Shown here one piece after another: positions 52,860 through 64,000 of a stretch of DNA of 64,000 nucleotides. Where the stretch lies: contig OU015567.1 in NCBI GenBank assembly GCA_907165135.1, forward strand, positions 10,540,001-10,604,000, read 5' to 3'. This DNA is from Oikopleura dioica (Eukaryota; Animalia; Chordata). The notes under the pieces were generated by a model, which saw only the letters and a program-made list of their open reading frames with translations, was not told the DNA's origin and searched no databases. The first letter of the stretch is position 1. Each line of letters opens with the position of its first letter. Made by a program: the position numbers and the translations under genes.

Positions 52860-54394
52860 TTTGCATGCCGGTGATTGAAAACAAATCGCTCTCAGCATTC
52901 AATCCAGCGGGAAAGACGTGCGCATCAATATCAATTTGCATATCAAATGGCCTTTTTTTATAAATTATAAAAATTTATTCTAAAGTCGCATTTTCGAAAG
53001 TATATCAATTTCAGAAATATTTTTTCGGAATCTATTGTAGCCCAAAATTTCCATATTTTCGCGGCATTCAACTTCGACTTCGCGAATTTCATCTTCTTCC
53101 AAATTTGAACGCCAAGCAAAAGCAGTTTTTCGTGAATCCCGGCTTGTATCAAATGTACCTGTTTATCATCAACAAAGGGAAAAATTACGAAAGTTATCGA
53201 CTCTAAACTAAAAATTGCTAATGATTCCTGAATTGCTCTGACCAAGCGTATTTCTATAAATCCACTTTGAAATCTTTTCCGTCTGCTCAAAACCAGCAAA
53301 CTCAAGAATTTCCCTGCTTCTGATATTCGGTTTCATCGCTAAATCTTCATATCTAACGACTAAGCTCCGGTCTTTCAGCCATTTTGAATTGTTGATTTCG
53401 CGGAGGATATTCTTTGTATGTCGGCAAACGTCGAACAAGATCCTCTTGTCTTTCTTCTTCAACTCTTCAGATTGATATGTTCGCTGGTTGTAAATATTAG
53501 ACCGACTTGCGTAAATTCCGCGGGGATCTCGGGATAGGAAAATGAGCTTTTTTAGAATCGGCACGGCAAGTGCAAGTGTGAAAATATAAAAAAGGGACGT
53601 CGTAAAAGGCAGTCTGATTTTTATAATGACAATATTGGACTCGCCAAGCTGCCTAAAGCAATTAATCTTTCGATTCTTTCCTTCAGATCCAAGTTATTTT
53701 CTTCCGCCATTAGTTTGAAGTGCTCAATCTCTGCAAATCTGATGATCTTGATCACAGGAGTCAAGTTGTTACAGATCCGGGAAGCAAGATTCAGATCCAC
53801 AAGACCACAGACGCTGTTGCATTGATCCAAATTGTTGGAAACATCTCTCACGCAAAACGGCGGCGCGCAAAATCGACGATGCTTTGGCCGAAAAATGAAG
53901 TTTCCTTGATGATCCAACTTTTGCTGCATGTCGAAATCAGCTGAATATTCTTTCCAAGGAATCGTTATGTCGTAAAGATCTTTAAATTTGCAGTTCAGAT
54001 TGTCGGTTAGGAGTTCTAATCGTTCATTCACGGAGTCTGGAGAGAAACCAGAAGTGGAAAAAGCATGAAGTGGCTCGAAAATATAAAACGCATCGTCGTG
54101 GTTGTTGAAAAGCTCTCCAAGAAAGGTTGATCCTGATCGCATAAATGTGACAATCTAAAAAGACATTTTCGCTCATTGCGGGCAATAGAAGCCTACCAAA
54201 ACAACTTTTCTCTTTTCACCACTTCTAAAATCTCTCGATATTGCTTGACGGACGGGAAGTGGTCTCTTTAAGAAAGAGCTGCAACTGTCCGTTTTCATCA
54301 CTTGATAAAGCATGAAGCAACATATCAAGCCATAAAAGAGGATCGATATTTTTTTAGAAACATAATTCTTAAACTGGACAACTTTTGCATTCAT
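52860..54394 (-). CDS. CHST: Carbohydrate 6-O-sulfotransferase (CHST1/3/4/5-like)
   Basis: Type II TM N-terminus, 5'-PSB TFMRSGSTFLGELF...FYIFEPL, 3'-PB LSRDPRGIYASR, VRYEDLA. Confidence 0.9.
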
Positions 54395-54749
54395 CTTCTT
54401 CTATTGTATTTAACGAATTTCAGCTCTCTATCTTCATAAGAACTCGCACAAGTCCAAAAATATTTGACTGTTAAGAAAAATGTTTAAATACTTTTTTCAT
54501 AAAAAGTAAATCAATCTGATCTTCGGGCTTACCTCAGACAGCGGCAAAATTAAGGTTCGGAATCTATCAAATTTATTACTATTTCCGCAATATAAAAGTA
54601 CCTCTTTGTGTACGACTTTAGCAATTTTTACGGTTGGCAGTGACGGTTCTGACATTTAAGATGAACATACAAATTGAACTTTCTACTCCCTGATCCTGTA
54701 TTCAGTAGAATAGTCAAGAAATTCAGAGAATTTTGAAAGAAGTTCATAT

Positions 54750-55480
54750 TTTGTCAGGTTTTTTTTATTAATTACAGACAATTCTGTATCTTCAAATGTA
54801 CAAAAATTTCAACAAAGCTGCTGCTTTCGAACGCTTTTTTTGAATGGACGAAAGTTCAGTGGGCCACGTTTCTTCGGTTTCTGAACCGTTTCGGTTCCTA
54901 TTGAGTTATTTCTCGGCGTCGAGCATTCTAAGCCATTATCTACGAGAGTGAATATCGGATTTTTGTAAAAACTCACTTACGGGTATGAGCTGGAGAAGCG
55001 GTTAGGCTTTGGCACTTTCTGTACTCTAAGAACTCGATTTCCGCTCGTTGCAATAAGAAAAGCCTTTCTTCTTCTTCGCCGATTTCTATATGACACAAAA
55101 GTTACTTGAAATGACTTATTTCAAATCGCATGTTGATGAATTATCAAAGTGTTACTACTGTTCTTACCCTTTTGAGCAGTGTTAAAACGCCAGGAGTCCA
55201 CAAAATCCGACTCATCTTCTTCCTCAACTTCTCCATTTTGCCTTGACCTGGATTTATCCGCACTCCGAGTTCGTCGCACATGTTTAACTTGCGATTTCAC
55301 CGCCGATGCATCATGGACGACACCAGTTCGTCGCTGAATTATATATAACAAAAGTCGGATAACCGAAGATAATATTCTGTATAATTTGATTCTGTGGCTT
55401 TTCTCCAAAAGGAAAGATTGCTTTTTAAATGAATAATATTCTCATTTGTCAGAAGATTAAAAAATAATCACCTGGAAAGT
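54750..55480 (-). CDS. Uncharacterised protein
   Basis: ORF 55121-55408 is bounded by splice-like sites. Confidence 0.35.
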
Positions 55481-56168
55481 TTGAAGCCTCGTTTTGTGCT
55501 GCTGGGAGTTGAACTCTTCGAAGGAGTATTTCGATTTCGTTGACCGAGAGTACTCGATTTGCAAGTGCCAAGGGAGAGGTGGCTGAATAAATCGAACTTG
55601 AGCAATAAACTCAATTATTTATTGACAACACGGCCACTGTATTTACTAACTCAGTCTTCTGTCCGAAAATATGAGCGAAAAAAAGGGAGAACTTATCAGT
55701 GAGAATCGCTAAAAACTATTTAATAAAGTCGATATTTAGTAGTCAAGTGAATATCTTACCGCTCTTAGACCAATCTTCGCATAAATTTCCGCTGGAGATA
55801 ATTCATTCATTCTCATCTGCTCAAAGTTTCATTGAACTCTTCTCAGGTCGGGAGAAAAAACTAAACATAAAGTTGGAGCAAGTCGTTATTGTTGGAGTCT
55901 AGGGTTGGGGCCAGAATCGATTGTATCCAGCGCACGCACGGGATGCTATTAATAATTCTACGTAAGAAGTGATTTGCGATTGATTTCGTCGCTACGTTTT
56001 TTTCTCCATATTTACAACTTGGAAATAAAACTTGGAGAAAGCTCAAAAAAATTCACCGTCATCAAGCAAATCACCTGGGTAGAAAATAAAGCCGTTATTT
56101 CTTTTTCATTTAAAAACTTAATTGACAAAGCTCGCATATAAGCAGGGAACAATTTCAAAAGGTCTGAA

Positions 56169-59100
56169 ATGAGCATGAAAAAAGGCAGAAATAAGCAGCA
56201 GTGCCATGTTTTAGGTCAAAAGTCGAGAAAAAGTTTTTCTAAGTTTGCTGAGCACGTAGGTCCTCATGGTCTAACTTATGTGATTAGGTAGGAAGAACAG
56301 GCGAAACTCAGCGATTTTTTTTATTCTGAAAAATATTCTAAAGATTTATAAACCTCTAAATTAAGTAATGAAATCAATGGTTACCGACGAGCATTTTGGT
56401 CTGTGGTTTTTATTCTCGGCCTCTCATACTCATTTTACATGTGTTTCCGAAATGGGACTAGGTACTTCAAGTATCCTTCGATTATCAAGCCAGCGGAGGT
56501 ACAAAAATCATTCTTACGTGCAATAACCTAGGGTTGCTTCTGAAAAGAATAATTCAAATTCAGCCGTTTTTATAACATGCATATTACATGATATGGAATC
56601 AGTCTGGCGTCTGACTAACACGCATATTTAGCCGATCATCGCAGAATTTCCAAAGGCGAGATTGCGAAAATGCATGTATTTTTGTCTAATTGGTGCCCGA
56701 TCAAATCGGATTTATTCGCGATCTCCGATCTGGTTACCATTTGTCTTAATTCGATGCATTCGAAGCAGGCCTTGGACATGTACTACTCAGGTAATTGCAG
56801 AAATTTGGACCGTATTGGCAACATTTGCATTGCCAAACAGAAGCTCATTTGTCGTATTCTCAGACATTAAGACTTCCATAGGCAGTGCTTATTAAAAGAT
56901 TATTCCAAGAAGATCTATAATTCAAAGATAGACCTTGAAATTGCCATTATCTGTAGCCGTTAGCATAAACATTAGGAATTGAAAACCTGCTCCCTTACTA
57001 CTATGGCACGCCAGTTCCAGTAAGAACTCTAAAAATCCGTCTTGTAATAATTAACCTCGTTTCAGCCGGGAATGGAAAGCTCTTTGGAAATCATAAACTC
57101 GCTCAATCTAACGAAAGGTATCGGACTTAATCCATTCTTAATGTGTCTCGCGTCATAGAACGCGCAGCCGACGAATATTTTATATTTTTTTCAGTTATGA
57201 AGGATACAATGTCACTCTTCTGGGTGAAGGCTTGTCAATACCAAAAGAAAATCCCGGTTCCTTCAATTCGTTACTCGATAATTCAATATTCTATCAATTG
57301 ATAACGAACCTTTTTTAGCGAAAGTTTGTTTGCTAATTTGCTCTCTTTGTTACTAAAATTTTAGTTGTCAAAATAGCTGGCGGGTTGTTTTGGTAAGTGA
57401 ACTCTTTTTCCCCGATCTGCAGCTTTTGGAGCAGGCTGGCGGAGATATAGGGAGCTCATAATACAGTTAATAAACTAAATACGCGATTAAAATTATACAC
57501 TTTCGACGCGAAGCCTATTAACTTCAGACTATGTACGGCTACTGTCTGCAACTCGTTCCTGAGGAGCCAGCGCCTTCCGTGACTGTAAATAAGCACAGTA
57601 ATATTTTTCTCTCTAATTATTATCAAGACGCACGATGAAATGGATATTGAAGGTGAAGGTGGCCGGACGACATCTCTCTCGATGGTATTCACGTTCAAAG
57701 CCGGATCGAAAATCATTAATGCGTCTTATGAACAAACTAACCTCCTTACTGCAATTTGCAAAGTTAGGCTTAATTTTTCATGAATGTTTTCTGCGCATGG
57801 GAAAACTAACTGAAAGCGTATGGACCCCAGACGTTTTTGGCTAAAAGTAATTTCGATCCTCGATTCATTAAATCTGACTGGACTTCCATCGGATGGGCAT
57901 CTTACTTGGAGGGATTCACACTCTATTACAGGTACTTAAACGTGAATATTCCTCTGTATTTGGTCTCTCTGCTAAGAAAATTTTGAAATCAAGGAAGACT
58001 TACAATCATTCCACCGGGTATCTCTACTTATTTTGACACAGTCAAAAGAAGAAAAAAGAAAAGTTATATGATATTTAAACAAAGTGCAACACTCGCTGAA
58101 GATTGTCTTTATTCAGTGCTCTGGACGATCAAGCACTCGAGCCTGCGAAATCGATATTATCCCGGGCTTTATCACATATAAATTCACATGTATACACTGC
58201 TTTGCAGATAATTAAATTCAAGGGATTGGGGTGCAAATCCTGACCTAATCATTATCTTTATTTACGAGAAATTCTCAGTCTCGTCGGAGAAAATGAGCTA
58301 CCTATATATCGCTTTCCTCAATTTTAATGAGATTAAATCGTCAACAGCTTTTTTTCTTCAAATTATTGATAAAGCAAAAAACAGCTTTCTGATGTGACGC
58401 GAGGAGTCCCAATAGTCTCTCTTCGTCAGAGATACACAAAACGGCTTGGGAAAGGGATGATTCATAAGAACTGCAGATTAGGCGCCAGACGCATCTCAAG
58501 AAGTTTGCTTGTATCGAAAAACCACTCTGAATTATTTATTTAAGATTACTTAAAATCTTTTGTGATTTAGTTTGTTTCTACAGAAGATAAGCCCGGATCA
58601 TCCCATGATTAAAGATACCCATTTTCTGAGTGCAAACAATCTAATTCCTCGCTCAAAGTAAGTTCATGTCTGAAACTTTACTCAATTCATTCAGCACTAT
58701 AAAAACTACACACGTAATCAATGTCTGTTCGAATGTTTACTCGATCAGGATCCAGAGCTGAAATTAGAAAAATATGATTAGTAGTCAGCTTTCTTGACAG
58801 CTTGTCTCAAAGGTTCATTCAAAATGCAACTGCTCGGCTCCATACTTTCCCGTTAATATCAAAACTGGCAAGCTTACAAAAGTATGTCTTCTTCGAGAAA
58901 GCTTTCATTCCGATCCATTTAGCCTCTTTGCAAGTTTTCTGTGCATTCGTCTTGCGTTGCCCCGATTCTCGAGCAGTTCAAATAAGGGTCGAAAAATTGC
59001 ACTGCCAATTTATACCAATTTTTCGATCATGATTCTAGCTATGCTGGATGCAACTGCCCCCAAAATGTAAACAGGTCGAAACCCACCACGAAGCTGTTCA

Positions 59101-59698
59101 ATACGTAAGTGCTTTGAATATGAATTCTCAGTTAATTATTGATCTTCAGGGACAGTATTTCAAAGAAGAAGACTGGAGCGCCTACTCAAAGAACAATTCC
59201 ATGATCATGACTTCCATGATGTTGTATTTGAGGTAGCACTTGAACCACAAAAGTACTTTGAACATGCATCTTTCAGTCGAAGCTCTGCAGTTGATGAAGA
59301 GGTTGAAGAATATTCTCATACGCAGGTTAGAAACTTGGCAGTGACCTAAGAAACTCTTGGCATGTGTAAATGTTCAGCTGTGGTCCGATATTGGTGGTGC
59401 ATCCGGACTTATGCTTGGCATGTCGTTTGCCACATTTATCGGGATATTGGACTGGGTTTTCTCGGTTATGGTATGTCTATTTCATATTCTGAAATCATCA
59501 CTTTTAAGGCGAATATTATGTCAGCTAGAGCGCGAAAGATCAGCCGGATGACAACAAGGAGATTCACAAAACGACATAAAAGAGTTTCGCGCGCAAGAAA
59601 TGATGGAAAAATCTACCATGCCTGTACCGACACGCAAACAACTATTTCGATGACACAGAATTATCCAACAAGAAAGGACAATTTCTATGACCTGATTT
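56169..59698 (+). CDS. DEG/ENaC/ASIC-family sodium channel subunit (many short exons)
   Basis: Pre-TM1 HG motif FAEHVGPHGL, TM1, Cys-rich ectodomain, TM2 LWSDIGGASGLMLGMSFATFIGILDW. Upstream exons are possible. Confidence 0.82.
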
Positions 59699-60292
59699 GA
59701 AAAACAAAAAAAAATGAATAAAAGCTTTTCAAGATATTGTCGATATTGTTTTCAATGATTTTTTGTTTGACTTTCCTGCCACAGGAAAATTTATTGTCAT
59801 AAAAAACTATTGAATTTATAGGAAGAAGTAAAGGAAGACAATTTGTTTTAAATCTAACTATCATTCGTAGACAATTTGGCATTTATGACCTGACACTAGA
59901 AGAGGGAAAATATATTCATTTCAATAAATTCATTTAAGAAATCAAGAAGGAAAACATTCATGACATCGAGAACAATTGTAACTTATTGGCAAAAAGGAAT
60001 TGTGAGTCCAGATTCATCATTTCGAGGGTGAATTTCGATGTAAGACCGTGTCACTGATACGTCAAAGACATTGCCTCTTCTCACGAGTCGAACCGCCAAG
60101 TCCTTGCCGGCTTCTCCACCATCTATAAAAATTGATATTTCATCATCAATTATTGTTCAATAAGGATAATAATTATTACTAATAATTTATTAGTTATCCA
60201 TATTTTCTGATCACCGTTGTATTTTCAAACCTCTAATCTATTCGTATTTTATAATTGAGAAAGAATTTAGGATTGAAAATCCCGATTCTCGT

Positions 60293-60593
60293 CAGAGTTG
60301 CCAATTTGCTGAGCTGAGCTGGCTGAGTGAACTGAGCTCAGTGATTTTGGAAAATGATCTGATCTGCCCAGCTCAGACAATTTTCACTCAGCTCAGCTCA
60401 ATTATTTGAATACAATTTTGCTACCAAAAAAACATTAAAAAACAGCTCAGCTCAATCAGCTCAGCTCTAATTAGGGTCCGCTCAGCTCAGCTCCGCTCAA
60501 TGACCTCAGAAAAAGGCCAGGTCAGCTCGGAGAAACTTTTACTCAGGTCAGCTCAGCTCGGCTCGGAAAAAATAATCAAAATTTGCAACTCTG
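60293..60593. mobile_element. 301-bp hAT-type MITE with GCTCA/CTCAG arrays
   Basis: TIR CAGAGTTGC(C/A)AATTT and 8-bp TSD ATTCTCGT / ATTTTCGT (one mismatch). Confidence 0.88.
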
Positions 60594-61108
60594 ATTTTCG
60601 TTCGTTATGAATACCTAATAACTTTTCGATGTAAATCAAATGTGTTTAGTGACAAATGATGATTAATATAAAGGGATGAATATCCCTTTGCAGTAATATA
60701 AATAGCCAGAAAATGCGAAATAAGTTTCATTATCCGCTCGGGCGCAAAGGTGACGAAGCGACTTTCCCTTCTTGAAGCGTTTCAGCCAATCAGCAGTCAC
60801 GTTTTTTATCTGGCAAATATTAAAAAGGGAAAAGAAACGATTTTAAAAAGAGCCGTAGCCACAATTCTTTTGGACATTTTTAAATCGTAGAGAACACTAC
60901 TAGACAAATGTATCACTGCTTCAGGTAAGACACTAAATTTTCCATGGATTGTAGTCAATTCCAGACTCTGAGACTTCTCTGAGAAGAGAGGAAAAATTAA
61001 CGGAGTTTCAAGATAATTTTTAGTTGTGATGCTCGAAGAGAAACAGTTAGGGATCCATGGAACTGTCACCAATGTGGATCTGACTTCGTAGATAAAGTTG
61101 ACGAGCCG

Positions 61109-62123
61109 ATGCCTCGAGAGCCACAGGGATCCCTTCAGAGCAGTTCATCCCCACTCGGTAAACCTGGACAACTCAGCCATCCTCAAACACAATTCAATCA
61201 ACACCACTCGAGTCAACCATCAATGAGAGCTGGTGCGCCATTAGCTCAAACTTTTCAAAGAACAGCATCGGCATTCGGACCTCCACCAAGTGCAGGGGGA
61301 ATTGGAGGAATTAGGAGAGTTGCCAGACGTAGTGGGGCCTCCACTTACATGGCAGCTGGAGCTCCGAGAAGAGGTAAGAATCTTGTATTTTTTGAATTGT
61401 CAGCTCAGAAATCATGTTTAGCTAACTCGTAAAAGTAAACTAAATGTCAGGATTTAACATCCATATGATAGACCTCGTGCTTTCCCTCCTTAGTTACGGT
61501 ATCTGCGAGACCGTATTCTTTAGAAAGGAACGCGCAGAAGGGAAAGCTTGACGAAATAATTATTAACTTTGCAAATCAATGTTCTGGAAAAATATCGAAT
61601 TTTCGAAATCTCCACGGGTTCATCGATTTTAATGTCCTGGTCGTGAAAATCGATGACTTTTGCTAACATAAAATTTGTAGGAATGCAGATGGCTCGACCA
61701 GCTATCCCGCTGGCTCCGCAACCGCAAGCGTCAAGTCCATTTGGTGTCGCAAGACCATCTAGTCAGACGCAATCACTCACAAGCTTATTCGACAACTTGC
61801 CAAGCATGCAGCAGCGTCCAACTCCGCAGCCAATGAACCGTGGCCGACCTCAAATGTTTGTGACGCCAGACGGTCGTATCGTCAACCAACCAGTCATGCC
61901 CGGCGTCGCGTCTCAAGAAGAAATCCAACGAAGAACACAGGCGCTGCAGATCAAGAAGCTGACTGCAGAACAAAAAGAAGACCCTTGCTCAATCTGTTTG
62001 GACGATCACGAGGAGGAAGCTGCTTTTCTCCCAAAATGCGGTCATTTTTTTCATCAGACCTGCATGACCAAATGGCTCGAACAAAAAAACTCCTGTCCCC
62101 TCTGTCAGGAGCCAGTAGCCTGA
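61109..62123 (+). CDS. RING-H2 finger protein (E3 ligase-like) with Q/P-rich N-terminus
   Basis: CSICLDDHEEEAAFLPKCGHFFHQTCMTKWLEQKNSCPLC. May extend to about 62614 if one C is missing at 62119-62120. Confidence 0.85.
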
Positions 62124-63331
62124 CCTACAGAGGGGTAGATGAAAATCAACCGGAAGAAGAAGAAGATAAAAGTAATTTTGGGTTTGTTGGGACCTCGGAG
62201 GAATCACCCAACCACGCGGATCAATTGGAGGCTGTTTTTGGTATTGAAGATTCCCCAAAAGATATACATTCATATGAAAAGAACCAGAACACTTCTTCAA
62301 AGGAATCTACTTATGAAGAAGAAAATGACGAGTCAATTTCTAAAAAATCTCTTGTCCCTTTCCAATTTCGCTCATTTGTTCATTTGAAACAAGTGCTTGA
62401 ATTTAATATCCTTTCTCTAAAAATTTTGTTTATAGTATTATACAAAAAACTTTTATCTTCTTGCTTCTTTTTCGCTTTTACAACTTACTTAATTGACAAT
62501 TTATTGTTCATTTCTTGTGATAACATCAATCAAATAAATTCAAAAATGATAAAAAAAGACAGGAAAAGTCAAAAAAATACACAAAGTTTACATTTGTGTA
62601 TTGAACTGTTTTGATATCCAAGTGTCTTTTGGTATTCGAAACAATGTCAAAATTTTACGTTACGAAATTCCCCACATAATCTGCTTCAGTTGGCTAATTA
62701 CTGCAGCAAAGTGGCGTTGGCCGCAAGTTATGTGCGTTATCCACGAGCTCACGTTCAAATTTCGCTCTTGTGGTTGGCATTTGAAGACCATGGCTTTTAA
62801 AAATACCTAAACTTCCCTGAATTCACATATTTTGGTTTCATTGAAAATTCTATTCGATAGTGCTCTTGTCAAAGAATTTAAATCGGAAGTAAAACGAAGA
62901 AGACACTCTCAACATAGGGCATGATCGACATTCTTCTTACGTTCATAGTTACAATGGCACCCATTTGTGGTGATTCTTGAGAGTTTAGAAAGATTTAGAG
63001 GGTATAATTTAAATTCAAGCATTTTCAAAGGTTCGAAAAGTGAACTTTTCTGAAGGGAAAAGGGAAAGACACTAAATTTTTCCCCGTAATAAAAATACCG
63101 ACGTTCTGATTCCCAGGAAATCGAATAAGCTTTCCCTTCAACTCATTACCTCTCTAGGAGAATACATATATCTCCTGTCATGAGCAGACGAGCTCTACAA
63201 AAGACAAAACAAAACGATCATGCGAAGGTCATCATCTGCGATTGACAGAATATCCGTGTGAACTGAGCAGCTGTATTTCATCATATACTCGTCACTCCAT
63301 GTTCTCAAGATCACAAGTCTTAAAACTAAAA

Positions 63332-64000
63332 ATGAAGTTGTCTTTTGCTCTCCTTGCCTTGGTTTCCGCCGGTCCCCACATCCGAGGAACTGATTGCGAG
63401 AACAAGTGCTACACCTACTCCCAGGAATCCTTCAAGAAGTGCGTCAATGAAGGCGGCTCTGAGGAGAAATGCAAGTATCTTATGAAGGAGCAATACAACT
63501 CGGAAAGGCTTTGACTAAGACTTTTTGTACAAGGGTTAAAATATGTTTGAGTCCTTGAAAGTGCGTCGAAAAAAGCTGCAAAGATTCTCCCAAGGCTGTT
63601 CGAATGGCTGAGAAGATGGCCAAGAAATTCGCTCGAGGACTTGCTCGAGGTACTGCTTGCGAGAACAAGTGCTACAGCTACTCCCAGGAATCCTACAAGA
63701 AGTGCATCAATGACGGCGGTTCTGAGGATAAATGTGGTTATTACATGAAAGAGCAGTACAACTCGGGATGGCTTTGAAATTTTTCTAGCTCAAGCTCATT
63801 TGAAAAGACAATTAATAGTGCTTGAGAAGGGAAAATCAAACGAGCTAATATTTACGAGCTGAGTCGGCATTTTCCATGACAAAGCGCGCTTATAAATAAT
63901 CATTATCATCATAAAAAGGGAAAATCATGAGGGAAAATTTCGAATCCTAGTTAGTGTGTGCAAAAGGAATGCTCAGACGCTCCAAAGGCTGTCGTTTTCG
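63332..64000 (+). CDS. Secreted Cys-rich tandem-repeat protein, 3'-truncated by the window end
   Basis: Signal MKLSFALLALVSA. Two near-identical repeats CENKCY.YSQES.KKC.N.GGSE.KC...MKEQYNS|CV.K.C.D.PKAV, each split by a non-canonical intron. Confidence 0.75.

Overview
Eukaryotic, very compact genomic DNA. Genes are densely packed and intron-rich, most introns are about 40-60 nt, and several have GA/GG/GC donors. Co-directional genes sit tens of nt apart with splice-acceptor-like sites just before the ATG. This pattern fits a larvacean tunicate such as Oikopleura dioica (inference, not verified). Recognisable genes: TRPM channel, MAPKAPK5, BRD7/9, ZIP zinc transporter, three ZP-domain proteins, cystathionine gamma-lyase, DPP8/9, XRCC3-like, PPTC7, POLR3H, atlastin, two coiled-coil/Kelch paralogs, a GPI mucin-like protein, a carbohydrate sulfotransferase, a DEG/ENaC channel, a RING-H2 protein and a secreted Cys-rich repeat protein. 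The most striking signal is five different non-autonomous hAT-like DNA elements with CAG/TAG termini; four have clear 7-8 bp target-site duplications (TSDs). Two of them sit inside conserved coding exons. In DPP9 the duplicated target AACAAG^GC provides a GC donor and an AG acceptor, so the element could be spliced out seamlessly as a new (introner-like) intron. Other leads are a ZIP intron bounded by decayed inverted repeats, an in-frame XRCC3-DPP9 junction, an antisense secreted-peptide gene nested in a POLR3H intron, and a bromodomain lacking the acetyl-lysine Asn. Exon boundaries were read by eye and gene extents are approximate. Three -1 frameshifts at G/C runs suggest possible assembly errors.
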